From the IMG/VR virus record IMGVR_UViG_3300028788_000011, positions 3,449 to 67,448 of that record: DNA of 64,000 nucleotides, one strand, 5' to 3'. The position numbers and the translations under genes were made by a program. The notes under the pieces are model-generated. The model searched no databases, was not told the DNA's origin, and saw nothing but the letters and a program-made list of their open reading frames with translations. Source of the stretch: a virus (lineage: Duplodnaviria > Caudoviricetes). Positions 27,281 to 35,380 of this stretch are shown one piece after another (positions within the stretch are counted from its first letter, which is position 1; each line of letters opens with the position of its first letter).

Positions 27281-28333
27281 CTAAAGGACGGGGATTCCTA
27301 CAGCTAGCGTCGCACGTCCGCGACGGAGAATGTTTAACGCAGCATTGGTGTCACGATCATGTACGCAACCACAGTCACTGCATTGCCACTCTCTTATTCC
27401 AAGGTCTGCGATACCTTTCGGCCTCGAATCGGGCAAACAGCCGCAATCCGAACAGATTTGGGATGTAAAACGTTCGTTCACTTCCTCGAACCACGCGCCA
27501 TGCTTAACAGCCTTGTACGCAAGTTTGCTACGGAAGGAAGACCAACCGGCATCCAAAACGGACTTCGCCATGCTGGTTTTGGCGAGTCCTGCGGCGTTCA
27601 CGTTGCCAACCGCGATATAGTCAAACTCTTGAACGATGCGCGTCGAGAGTTTGTGGTGAAAATCGTTGCGACGGTTCGAAATCTTTGCGTGAATGGCACT
27701 CACGCGACGTTTCTTCCCGGCGCGCTGGGCAACGGCAAGCGCTTGCTCCGTGCCTCGGTAGATATGCTGCGCCTCGATCTTTTCGCCAGTGGACAGCGTG
27801 GCAAAGTCTTTCAGGCCAAGGTCGATGCCGACGCCACGGCCAGGACTGCGAGCGTCGGCAGGAGCAACGGCAACGTCGATCACGATGTTCAGGAACCAGT
27901 TGCCGCGAGAGTCTTTGGAGAAGTTCGTTCCGTCCTTGATTTTCCCCTCAGGGAGCGGGCGACTGTCGAATACGCGAAAGGTATTGCCAGCGAACCGGAA
28001 GGCGCTGCCTTCGCGCTTCAATTCGCGGCCCTTGAGCGGAACCCACCCGAGGTTCTTCTTGCCCCGATAGCGCAAGTACGGGCGCTTCTTCTGCGCGCGC
28101 GACTTGGCGTACTGCTCGCACACGGCGTTCACCGTGCCGGAGTGAAGACCAAGTTCTTTGCTGCTGCCTTGCGTGAGCTTGTTCAAGTCGAACCCGGTAT
28201 GCCAGCGGCGGTGAAATCGCAGCGCATCCTTCTGCCTGTCGTTGCAGAAATTCCAGACGAAGTTGCACGCCCTGGCCTGCTTGTTCAGCAATCCGTTCAG
28301 CGACTTCACCCGGTATCTATAGACGAGGATCAT
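27281..28333 (-). CDS. tnpB: TnpB RNA-guided endonuclease, rearranged-RuvC type
   Basis: GIDLG, IAVGNV (Gly at the canonical Glu position), VNERFTS (alternative Glu), CSDCG...CSDCG, HDRDTNAA. Confidence 0.93.
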   Translation of the reverse strand: MILVYRYRVKSLNGLLNKQARACNFVWNFCNDRQKDALRFHRRWHTGFDLNKLTQGSSKELGLHSGTVNAVCEQYAKSRAQKKRPYLRYRGKKNLGWVPLKGRELKREGSAFRFAGNTFRVFDSRPLPEGKIKDGTNFSKDSRGNWFLNIVIDVAVAPADARSPGRGVGIDLGLKDFATLSTGEKIEAQHIYRGTEQALAVAQRAGKKRRVSAIHAKISNRRNDFHHKLSTRIVQEFDYIAVGNVNAAGLAKTSMAKSVLDAGWSSFRSKLAYKAVKHGAWFEEVNERFTSQICSDCGCLPDSRPKGIADLGIREWQCSDCGCVHDRDTNAALNILRRGRATLAVGIPVL

Positions 28334-28461
28334 TTTTGGGTTTTCAAGAACTCAGCAATAGCGCGACGGATCAGCTCGGAGACAGGTACGTCGAGCTTAT
28401 TGGACAACGCTCGCAGTTCAGCAAGCATTGGCTCTGGTAAGAATGTGTTTGTACGCTTCAT
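28330..28461 (-). CDS. 43-aa ribbon-helix-helix (CopG/Arc-type) protein (not in ORF track)
   Basis: MKRTNTFLPEPMLAELRALSNKLDVPVSELIRRAIAEFLKTQK; ATGA-coupled to tnpB. Confidence 0.85.
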   Translation of the reverse strand: MKRTNTFLPEPMLAELRALSNKLDVPVSELIRRAIAEFLKTQK

Positions 28462-28563
28462 ATGCACACGTTACCAGTATTTCAACCGAAAGGCAACGAC
28501 TGCTTCGCAGTCGGCTCCTTTCACTCCTCGGCCTGAAGGCCGAGGTTTCTCGGAGCAAATCTG

Positions 28564-28794
28564 ATGAGTCGCGACCTCTGCATCATTGCTTGCACGTTTT
28601 GCCGTGACGCCGACTTCCAATACTGGGCGCATACGCAGTGCGGTGCCTGCCAGACCGCCGAAGAGGCAAAGCAGTTCATTCTGGATACGTGCGAGATCGA
28701 TTCGCGAGTGAAATTGGACACCAACACAGCCGCCGCCCAGCGCTTCCACAAACTCATCCGCGAGCCATTTATGGCTTGGAAGGAACTGCTATGA
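28564..28794 (+). CDS. Hypothetical protein
   Basis: FC-DADFQ...AKQFILDTCEIDSR-KLD pattern; ATGA overlap with the next gene. Confidence 0.7.
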   Translation: MSRDLCIIACTFCRDADFQYWAHTQCGACQTAEEAKQFILDTCEIDSRVKLDTNTAAAQRFHKLIREPFMAWKELL

Positions 28795-29075
28795 CTATGA
28801 CCGTAAAAGAAGCCACTGGAAAGTGGTGCCCGATGGTGCGCGGTGCGCGCCATGAAACCTATTCCACTGGTGGAGATAGTAAGCCAGTTCATACTATCGT
28901 CGGTGGCTGCAACACAGACATGCTCGGTGGAACTCGCATTCCTGCAAGCTGCCGCTGCATTGCGGATAAGTGCGCTATGTGGCGCTGGATTGCCTATCCT
29001 GGTAAAAATATCAGTGGGACGCATATTGACGTACCATCAGCCTACGGTTACTGCGGACTGGCGGGCAAGCCATGA
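28791..29075 (+). CDS. Cys-rich hypothetical protein
   Basis: KWCPMVR...CIADKCAMWRW...GYCGLAGKP; AAGGA RBS. Confidence 0.7.
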   Translation: MTMTVKEATGKWCPMVRGARHETYSTGGDSKPVHTIVGGCNTDMLGGTRIPASCRCIADKCAMWRWIAYPGKNISGTHIDVPSAYGYCGLAGKP

Positions 29076-29263
29076 GAACCATCAGCATCGGTACCATGAT
29101 CAAGTCCATCGGGGGCATGGTCGGAACCAACGACCTATCAGCATGGGAGAACGAGTTCGTCCAGAATATCGTCGAGGTCAGCCAGAATGGCAAGGTTACA
29201 ACCAACCTGACCGACAAGCAGGTTGATCGCGTCGAAGATATTTATCGAAAGCACTTTGCCTGA
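29072..29263 (+). CDS. Small hypothetical protein
   Basis: LSAWENEFVQNI...LTDKQ...IYRKHF; coupled on both sides. Confidence 0.7.
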   Translation: MRTISIGTMIKSIGGMVGTNDLSAWENEFVQNIVEVSQNGKVTTNLTDKQVDRVEDIYRKHFA

Positions 29264-30351
29264 TGCACTGGTCGACACAACAGAGCTCCGCGCTGCAATC
29301 GGTGCGCCATTGGCTTAGAGATAAACGCGGCAAGCAGGTATTCCGGCTGTTCGGGTACGCTGGCGTCGGCAAGACAACGCTCGCGCGCGAGATCGCTGGC
29401 AGTGTCGACGGACTCGTCGTTTTCGCGACATTTACAGGTAAAGCCGCGCTCGTGCTCAAGTCCAAAGGCTGCGCCGGCGCCCGCACCATCCACAGCCTGA
29501 TCTACAAGGTAGTCGACCCCGACGCCCAGGAGATTGAGTACGAGCGCAATCCAGACAGCGAGGCCACGCTGGCCAAGTTGATTATCATCGACGAAGTGTC
29601 GATGGTCAATGAAGAACTTGGCCGAGACCTCGAATCATTCGGCGTGAAAATCCTTGTCCTTGGCGACCCCATGCAGTTACCGCCGGTAGAAGGCGATGGC
29701 TATTTCACGCGCGACAAGCCGGACGTGTTGTTGACCGAGATCCATCGCCAAGCCGCCGACAACCCAATCATCCAGATCGCCACCGATGTCAGAAACGGAA
29801 AACCACTCGCATACGGGCGCTATGGCGAGAGCAAGATCATCCACCGCAGTGACCTCGATCAAGCCGACGTTCTTGGGGCCGACCAGGTGCTGGTGGGCAT
29901 GAACAAGACCCGCAAGGTATTCAATACCCGCATCCGCACGCTGAAAGGCTTCACGTCGCCGCTGCCAGAGCATGGTGATCGCCTGATATGCCTGAAAAAT
30001 AATCGTGATCGCGGGCTCCTGAACGGTAGTATGTGGACATGCGATGTCGTCGAGCACAAGAATGGCCGCGTGGGGCTGGATGTGACGTCGCTGGATGGAC
30101 TCGCAGACCCAGGGCGCTTGAGCGTGCTCAACGAGTTCTTTCTCGGTACCGAGGACAAGCTCGATTGGCGTCAGAAACGGACATCGGATGAGTTCACATA
30201 CGGAAGAGTTATTACCGTTCATAAAAGTCAAGGTTCACAATGGGACACGCTTATGCTGTTCGACGAGAGCGGCATGTTCCGCGAGAATCGTATCAACCAT
30301 CTCTACACCGCAATCACCCGCGCCGCCGAGCGCATAACCATTGTTATTTGA
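29263..30351 (+). CDS. Dda/RecD2-like SF1 helicase
   Basis: GYAGVGKTT, IIDEVSMV, LGDPMQLPPV, HKSQGSQW, YTAITRA. Confidence 0.92.
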   Translation: MHWSTQQSSALQSVRHWLRDKRGKQVFRLFGYAGVGKTTLAREIAGSVDGLVVFATFTGKAALVLKSKGCAGARTIHSLIYKVVDPDAQEIEYERNPDSEATLAKLIIIDEVSMVNEELGRDLESFGVKILVLGDPMQLPPVEGDGYFTRDKPDVLLTEIHRQAADNPIIQIATDVRNGKPLAYGRYGESKIIHRSDLDQADVLGADQVLVGMNKTRKVFNTRIRTLKGFTSPLPEHGDRLICLKNNRDRGLLNGSMWTCDVVEHKNGRVGLDVTSLDGLADPGRLSVLNEFFLGTEDKLDWRQKRTSDEFTYGRVITVHKSQGSQWDTLMLFDESGMFRENRINHLYTAITRAAERITIVI

Positions 30352-30358
30352 GGAACTT

Positions 30359-30505
30359 ATGGTCTACGTCGACGATATGCGCGCCAAATACGGTCGCATG
30401 GTGATGTGCCACTTGATCGCGGATACCGACGCGGAATTGCATGCGATGGCAAAAGCGATCGGCGTCGCACGTCGTTGGCATCAGGCACCGCCTGCACCGA
30501 GTTGA
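30359..30505 (+). pseudogene. DUF4031-family gene, apparently truncated or internally deleted
   Basis: MVYVDDMRAKYGRMVMCHLIADTDAELHAMAKAIGVARRWHQ then an early stop; a C-terminus-like peptide (HLLGTPDNAEEWAR) follows in another frame. Confidence 0.55.
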
Positions 30506-30568
30506 ACATCTACTTGGAACACCAGACAACGCCGAAGAATGGGCGCGAACTTACAGGGAGAAAAAAAC

Positions 30569-30793
30569 ATGTCGATCGAAGACGTAGCACAGGATGTCGA
30601 ACTCGCGCAATGGGAGCGTGTCAACCAGTTCCGAAATACGATGCCCACATGGAAACCAACCGACAGTGAATATGGGCCGTCAACATGCCAGGCTGAAGAG
30701 TGTGGAGACCAGATGCCGGAATTCCGGCGTGCGCTCGGACGCCACCTTTGCACCTCATGCCAACAATTATTGGAAGACAGGAAACGACATTGA
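30569..30793 (+). CDS. TraR/DksA C4 zinc-finger protein
   Basis: N-terminal EDVAQDVE, CQAEECG...RRALG...LCTSCQ; GGGAG RBS. Confidence 0.85.
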   Translation: MSIEDVAQDVELAQWERVNQFRNTMPTWKPTDSEYGPSTCQAEECGDQMPEFRRALGRHLCTSCQQLLEDRKRH

Positions 30794-30944
30794 CGTGCTT
30801 GGAAGAAATCACAGACCTTGACGCGTTTTTGCGCGCCAAGTCAGAACGGCTATTTCACCAGTTTCAACACCGGGCGGCGTCGGGGCGACTTGGACAATTC
30901 GGCCAGGATGAACCACGGCCAATACCATATCAAGACGAATGCCA

Positions 30945-31601
30945 TCACATCCCCGCCACGGCGCCGCGAACCGTTTCACCCATGTGATATTCGATCATCG
31001 AAAGTCTTTTCAGTCCCTTTGGTGACCCGAAAATAAGCTTCAGGCCGGCGAGAGGACGCCATTGTTGCCATGGGTTCGGTTCTGGCACCTTCGTAACAGG
31101 ATCTCCAAACCATTTTGCCCATGCCGCCACGCAGCGCGTCGTGAATGTATTCGGTATGTTTTTTGCAAACCAGTCGACCCCCTGTTGAAAGCAAAAGTTT
31201 GGGCTCTCGAATAGGTACATCTGGACGACTTCATATCCGCGCATAACCAATGCGGCCGCGATGAGTGCACCGATCGGGCATCCGCGCGAATGGCATGCGA
31301 TTTTGATCTTGTCGCCAAGCCGAAGCATTGGTACGATCTTGTACACGAACGCCGGCACGTTTTGATAGAAACCAGAATGGACGGCACCAACACCATTCAA
31401 ATCTGTCGTGAGGATGTCGATGTCGTTGATCCAGCCATCGATGTTTTCAGTACCGGCTGGAACGATCCAGAACGCGTCTGGAACGCGCTTGGTAGCAACA
31501 GTATCCTCGTTGATGACGATAACGTTGTCGAATACGCCTTCGGTGACTGGTGCGTAGACATCATGGGTCGCCATCTGAGCGGCGAACACGATCTCGCTCA
31601 T
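30945..31601 (-). CDS. Class 3 lipase-like alpha/beta hydrolase
   Basis: VPAGTEN, VHSGFY, CHSRG nucleophile elbow, GDPVTKVP, C-terminal His; start reassigned to ATG 31601. Confidence 0.8.
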   Translation of the reverse strand: MSEIVFAAQMATHDVYAPVTEGVFDNVIVINEDTVATKRVPDAFWIVPAGTENIDGWINDIDILTTDLNGVGAVHSGFYQNVPAFVYKIVPMLRLGDKIKIACHSRGCPIGALIAAALVMRGYEVVQMYLFESPNFCFQQGVDWFAKNIPNTFTTRCVAAWAKWFGDPVTKVPEPNPWQQWRPLAGLKLIFGSPKGLKRLSMIEYHMGETVRGAVAGM

Positions 31602-31915
31602 TACGGCACCGTCACGCCGACACAGGCCGCATTCACGGCGTTCTGCTCGATGCGGCCGACGCGAAGCTTCTCGATCGCGCACAGCGGTCCGCCAGAGCAT
31701 GGCGTTGCCGTCAAGATAACGCAGGCTTCGCCATAAGCAGCAGCACACTTGGCGCCAGCTGGGTCGAGCGTTCCAGCGATCTTTGTGGCTTCTGCGGTAT
31801 CGGCCTTACAACCATCACCAATTACCTTGTCGATGGTCGTGTTCGCAGCGTTGATCGTTTGGCATCCAGCCAGCGCGATGGCAAGTAATGATGCAATGAG
31901 AAGTGTTTTTTTCAT
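31601..31915 (-). CDS. Cys-rich lipoprotein
   Basis: Lipobox LAGC after a hydrophobic signal peptide. Confidence 0.8.
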   Translation of the reverse strand: MKKTLLIASLLAIALAGCQTINAANTTIDKVIGDGCKADTAEATKIAGTLDPAGAKCAAAYGEACVILTATPCSGGPLCAIEKLRVGRIEQNAVNAACVGVTVP

Positions 31916-32031
31916 GGTGAATTCCTATTTGTGAACTGGATCAATACATTGCACCGGAAGCGTATTGCAATACTGCCGCGTTTTATTGTCATCAATGCGT
32001 TGGCACGCGGTCAAGGCCAACATGATAAAAA

Positions 32032-32454
32032 TTATTTGTCGCACCGCCAGATATTGAAATGCGGCTTCTCATTGCCGTTGTTGAACAGATGTCCATTGAT
32101 ATCTACGTTAGGGTGCTTTCCGTATTCCTCCTGCAGATCTGGCTGCAAGTCATTGATGGTTCCCGCGAACCAGTTCGACATAGGGCCGTTCAGGCCATCT
32201 GTCCAGGACCTGATCTCTTTCAAGGCTCGCGCTGTTGCGGAGTCCGCGTTAGGTGCAGTGAAACGACCGCCGTAGATAACTTTATCGCTTGACAGCACCA
32301 CGGCACACCACGTTAATAGCGGCTTTGGTGCCACATACGGATGGCTTCTGTATGCTTCGGCGAAGTTGTCAACCATCACCTCGGTCTCAAGCGGTGAGGC
32401 ATGAACAGACATCACCAAGGACATGACCATGATCATCAAAAATGTCCTCTTCAT
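32032..32454 (-). CDS. Secreted hypothetical protein
   Basis: MKRTFLMIMVMSLVMSVHA signal peptide; GGAGG RBS. Confidence 0.7.
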   Translation of the reverse strand: MKRTFLMIMVMSLVMSVHASPLETEVMVDNFAEAYRSHPYVAPKPLLTWCAVVLSSDKVIYGGRFTAPNADSATARALKEIRSWTDGLNGPMSNWFAGTINDLQPDLQEEYGKHPNVDINGHLFNNGNEKPHFNIWRCDK

Positions 32455-32627
32455 GGCGCAGTCCTCCCAGAATTGATATCGTCCATAACCTGCGCTTCGG
32501 TCTGGTTTTCCATCGACAGTGCGAAATCGAATTGATTCATGAACCATTCGTTCGGCGGCTGTCCATATTTAGCCTGATATGCCGCGACGATCCGCGTCAT
32601 CGCTTGTTTGACTTCTTCATCCGTCAA
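32451..32627 (-). CDS. 58-aa hypothetical protein MTDEEVKQAMTRIVAAYQAKYG... (not in ORF track)
   Basis: AGGGAAGG-N7-TTG; overlaps both neighbours by 4 nt. Confidence 0.55.
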   Translation of the reverse strand: MTDEEVKQAMTRIVAAYQAKYGQPPNEWFMNQFDFALSMENQTEAQVMDDINSGRTAP

Positions 32628-32890
32628 GATGCATCCTTCCCTGCCAAAGCAGATTGCACTTCAGAATGTGTCTGTTGAATAATGACATCGGCCTTCGCCT
32701 TTGCATCTGGTGCAAGCACACCAACTGCTACGTAGACAATGCCAGAATAAAACATGCACTCTTCTGGCGTGAGAGTAATCCCATAGCGAGATCCAATATA
32801 TACCAGGATCGTCCCGAGACATTTCCATGTCCCTGTTTCGCGGCCGCGCGCCGCCAGATAAGCGATCAAGATTTCAAGTTTTGTCTTCAT
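32624..32890 (-). CDS. Probable holin
   Basis: 88 aa, two hydrophobic segments, charged C-terminus, in the lysis cluster. Confidence 0.6.
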   Translation of the reverse strand: MKTKLEILIAYLAARGRETGTWKCLGTILVYIGSRYGITLTPEECMFYSGIVYVAVGVLAPDAKAKADVIIQQTHSEVQSALAGKDAS

Positions 32891-33648
32891 GGCGCACCAC
32901 TAACGAGTCCAGCCAGGTCGGCGACCAGTTGGTTGGCATTGAATCCAGATGGCGCCACACCAGTTGCACGAATCCAGTCCAAGAACACTTCCGCATGCGC
33001 TTCATCGCAATACTTCGCGAAGAATGCCGGTGTGACGGCTTGGATACGCCCCCATGTGATGACATGAAAGAAATCGCTGTCGTATGCAACCAACGGCACA
33101 TCGTGACCGCCATCGAGAGAATTGTCGGCAGCGGGATCGATATCCCAAGGGCGCCCGTTATCGAACTGCGCCATTGCAGATACTGGCATATTGAAGCCAA
33201 GCCGTACTGACCCGAACAAATGCGCGGCCCATTTGATGTGGTCGATGTTGCTGGGATCGATCATGCCAGTTGCATTGCTTTTGTGCCCGAGAAATCCTGT
33301 CGATTCGAGGTATTGGCACATGGCTGTTTCATCACAGCCCTGGTCGGTCGACGGATCGGTGGGATTGTAGCCGCCAACGGTTTCATACAATGCAAGGACA
33401 TCGGCATCGGTAGGGATAACGATGCCAGACGAATTGGCGGTGCGCAGCATCAATGCATGCGCTGTGTCAGCGCAGACACAATCCCCAATGGAATCGTTCA
33501 AATACATGCCCCATGGAACCGTAACCGCCGACACATAATCGTTACCAACTGCAGGCGCGTGACCGAGTGCAGTCAAATGCCGATGCATCACGATAGCAGA
33601 ACGCATTGTCTTGAGTGTATGGCGCGCTGGCCGACGTCCGTATTTCAT
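32887..33648 (-). CDS. Papain-like (C1-type) cysteine peptidase homologue
   Basis: LNDSIGDCVCA (catalytic Cys), GGHDVPLVAYD (His), VITWG. Confidence 0.65.
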   Translation of the reverse strand: MKYGRRPARHTLKTMRSAIVMHRHLTALGHAPAVGNDYVSAVTVPWGMYLNDSIGDCVCADTAHALMLRTANSSGIVIPTDADVLALYETVGGYNPTDPSTDQGCDETAMCQYLESTGFLGHKSNATGMIDPSNIDHIKWAAHLFGSVRLGFNMPVSAMAQFDNGRPWDIDPAADNSLDGGHDVPLVAYDSDFFHVITWGRIQAVTPAFFAKYCDEAHAEVFLDWIRATGVAPSGFNANQLVADLAGLVSGAP

Positions 33649-34142
33649 GTCGATCCCTCAGATAGAGTGCCGCCGGCGGCGACATATGCGGCCTGCAACA
33701 TCGTCAACGAATTGGCGTGCTGCCCATAATTGTTTCCAGGAAGGCTTGCCCAGATATTGCTGCACAACTGCACTGCAACAGCGAAATTGCCGGCGATAAT
33801 GTGTGGGAGCGCACCGCGCTCTTTGATCTGGCGAACCGCAATGGCATCCTGGCTAATCGGCGAGAAATCTGGCAGATTAAGCGATGCAATGTATGCTATG
33901 GCGTATCTGTGCAGTAGTTGATAGCGGCCGGCTGCCGTGCTGTCGCACGCTTGATTGAACACATTCGGATGGTGCGAGTAGTCGGTGAATAGAAGCGGAT
34001 GCGATGGCGTCGATCCAACGAGCACGTTGTATCCGTCATCAGATTCTGACAGTAATGCCGGACCAATTTCAGATGCAGCCAGCATGTCCAAAAATGCCGC
34101 TACATTCTGTCCGCCGAGTTGATCTTTTGTGGAACGAGTCAT
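33645..34142 (-). CDS. Endolysin, lambda R-type lytic transglycosylase
   Basis: AASE, GYNVLVG, STAAGRYQLL, DFSPISQD, IWASLPG..YGQ. Confidence 0.92.
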   Translation of the reverse strand: MTRSTKDQLGGQNVAAFLDMLAASEIGPALLSESDDGYNVLVGSTPSHPLLFTDYSHHPNVFNQACDSTAAGRYQLLHRYAIAYIASLNLPDFSPISQDAIAVRQIKERGALPHIIAGNFAVAVQLCSNIWASLPGNNYGQHANSLTMLQAAYVAAGGTLSEGST

Positions 34143-34603
34143 AATATTTGCTTCACCCAATCAAGAATATCTTTCCAGTTCAACTTGTCGCCATGCCATA
34201 GCGTGACGCCGATCGCGTATAGGATAAGAATTGGCACGAGAACCTTCGACAATGCGCTCAATGCGTTGGTGCATACCGCGACTGTGCTCGCAACGAATCG
34301 ACCAAATTTTGTGATCTTTGTACCGAACTCAGAAATCCTTACCAGATCGGCGGTTCCGTCGGCCGTCTTGGTGGCCAATTCAACTGCCCTATTTGTCAAA
34401 ACCGTATTTTCTTCAAGCTTTACGCTCATCGTACCGACGGTCTCGGTAAGTTTATTCAGACTTTCATGAATAGCCGCGAATTGCTTTCGCCCTTCTTCAA
34501 GGCTCTCCATTACATAATCTCTCCGAGAAGATTCATTCATCCGGCGATCTATCGGGTGCAGTGAATCCCTTAATTCGCTTTCTGGCATGGCTTGTGTCCC
34601 CAT
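34139..34603 (-). CDS. Coiled-coil membrane protein upstream of the endolysin (holin/antiholin-like)
   Basis: Heptad region followed by a C-terminal TM helix; ATGA-coupled to the endolysin. Confidence 0.6.
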   Translation of the reverse strand: MGTQAMPESELRDSLHPIDRRMNESSRRDYVMESLEEGRKQFAAIHESLNKLTETVGTMSVKLEENTVLTNRAVELATKTADGTADLVRISEFGTKITKFGRFVASTVAVCTNALSALSKVLVPILILYAIGVTLWHGDKLNWKDILDWVKQIL

Positions 34604-34615
34604 CTCATTGCACCT

Positions 34616-34631
34616 ATTTTAATGTCACGAA
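34616..34631 (-). promoter_or_regulatory. Late-promoter-like motif TTCGTGAC-AT-TAAAAT upstream of the lysis genes
   Basis: Motif match in the intergenic gap. Confidence 0.65.
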
Positions 34632-34643
34632 TTTACTCAAATT

Positions 34644-35333
34644 TCAATAACTGAATTGGACCCCGATTGATGCAGCATAACCAAGCGCACCGGAATAAAT
34701 TGGGCGATAGTAGGTTTGTCCACTGGAACCGTTTGGATCTGGTTGCGTGTTGGTCGATTTAGTCGGGATGATTTTTAGAATTGCCGACCAGTTTTTTGCG
34801 AAAGTATAACCGACAGCAGCACCAAATCCTGGCGTGTTCTTCACTGCGTGATCGATATGGCTAACAAGCGGACCGACCTGATATGTCGGCGGCGGTCCAT
34901 ACCAATTAAAATTCGTATTTTCATAGTTTGGCCGAGTCACATACAATCCACCTTCAGCGAACCAGCTTCCCCATGTCTTGCGTGCCATCAGATAGCCGAA
35001 TGGCATAGTTCCTTGGCCTTGCATGTGACTGATTGGTCCACAACCTACTGAGCAATCGTCGACGTTATGAATCATCGCATCTGACGTGCAGCGGCCGGCA
35101 TTGCCGACACCTAAACCAATTTGCCAACCATCGTAAAACTGATCGGTATAAATCCCAATGGCACCTGACACAGCGCGACAACGAATCGTGTTCGGCATGT
35201 CGCGCTGATACCAATTTCCGACAGGTGCCGGCTGATATTGCGTCAGATCTAAATCAAGTTTCAACTCGACCGCATTGGCATTTAGCCAAATAGACGAGGC
35301 CATTACGACCAATGCGGCGAGTATTTTTTTCAT
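34644..35333 (-). CDS. Outer-membrane beta-barrel protein (Ail/Lom/PagC-like)
   Basis: Signal peptide ending ANA, alternating amphipathic strands, C-terminal IGVQFSY aromatic beta-signal. Confidence 0.7.
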   Translation of the reverse strand: MKKILAALVVMASSIWLNANAVELKLDLDLTQYQPAPVGNWYQRDMPNTIRCRAVSGAIGIYTDQFYDGWQIGLGVGNAGRCTSDAMIHNVDDCSVGCGPISHMQGQGTMPFGYLMARKTWGSWFAEGGLYVTRPNYENTNFNWYGPPPTYQVGPLVSHIDHAVKNTPGFGAAVGYTFAKNWSAILKIIPTKSTNTQPDPNGSSGQTYYRPIYSGALGYAASIGVQFSY

Positions 35334-35380
35334 TTGCGGCTTTCAGGTTTAAAGAGTTTTGAATTCAACCATGTCAAGAA

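Larger units (their letters stand above)
27264..28563 (-). mobile_element. Non-autonomous IS200/IS605 element: LE - RHH gene - tnpB - RE (no tnpA)
   Basis: LE hairpin cctcggcc-ttca-ggccgagg (28526-28545) preceded by GAAA, which predicts a TCAT target found at 28567-28564; RE GAAT-hairpin-TCAA ending at 27264. Confidence 0.85.

Noticed and set aside
27359-28564. 401-aa plus-strand ORF across the tnpB element
   Set aside because: Mostly codon-aligned antisense of tnpB; no independent protein motifs, unlike the HNH at 5148-5687
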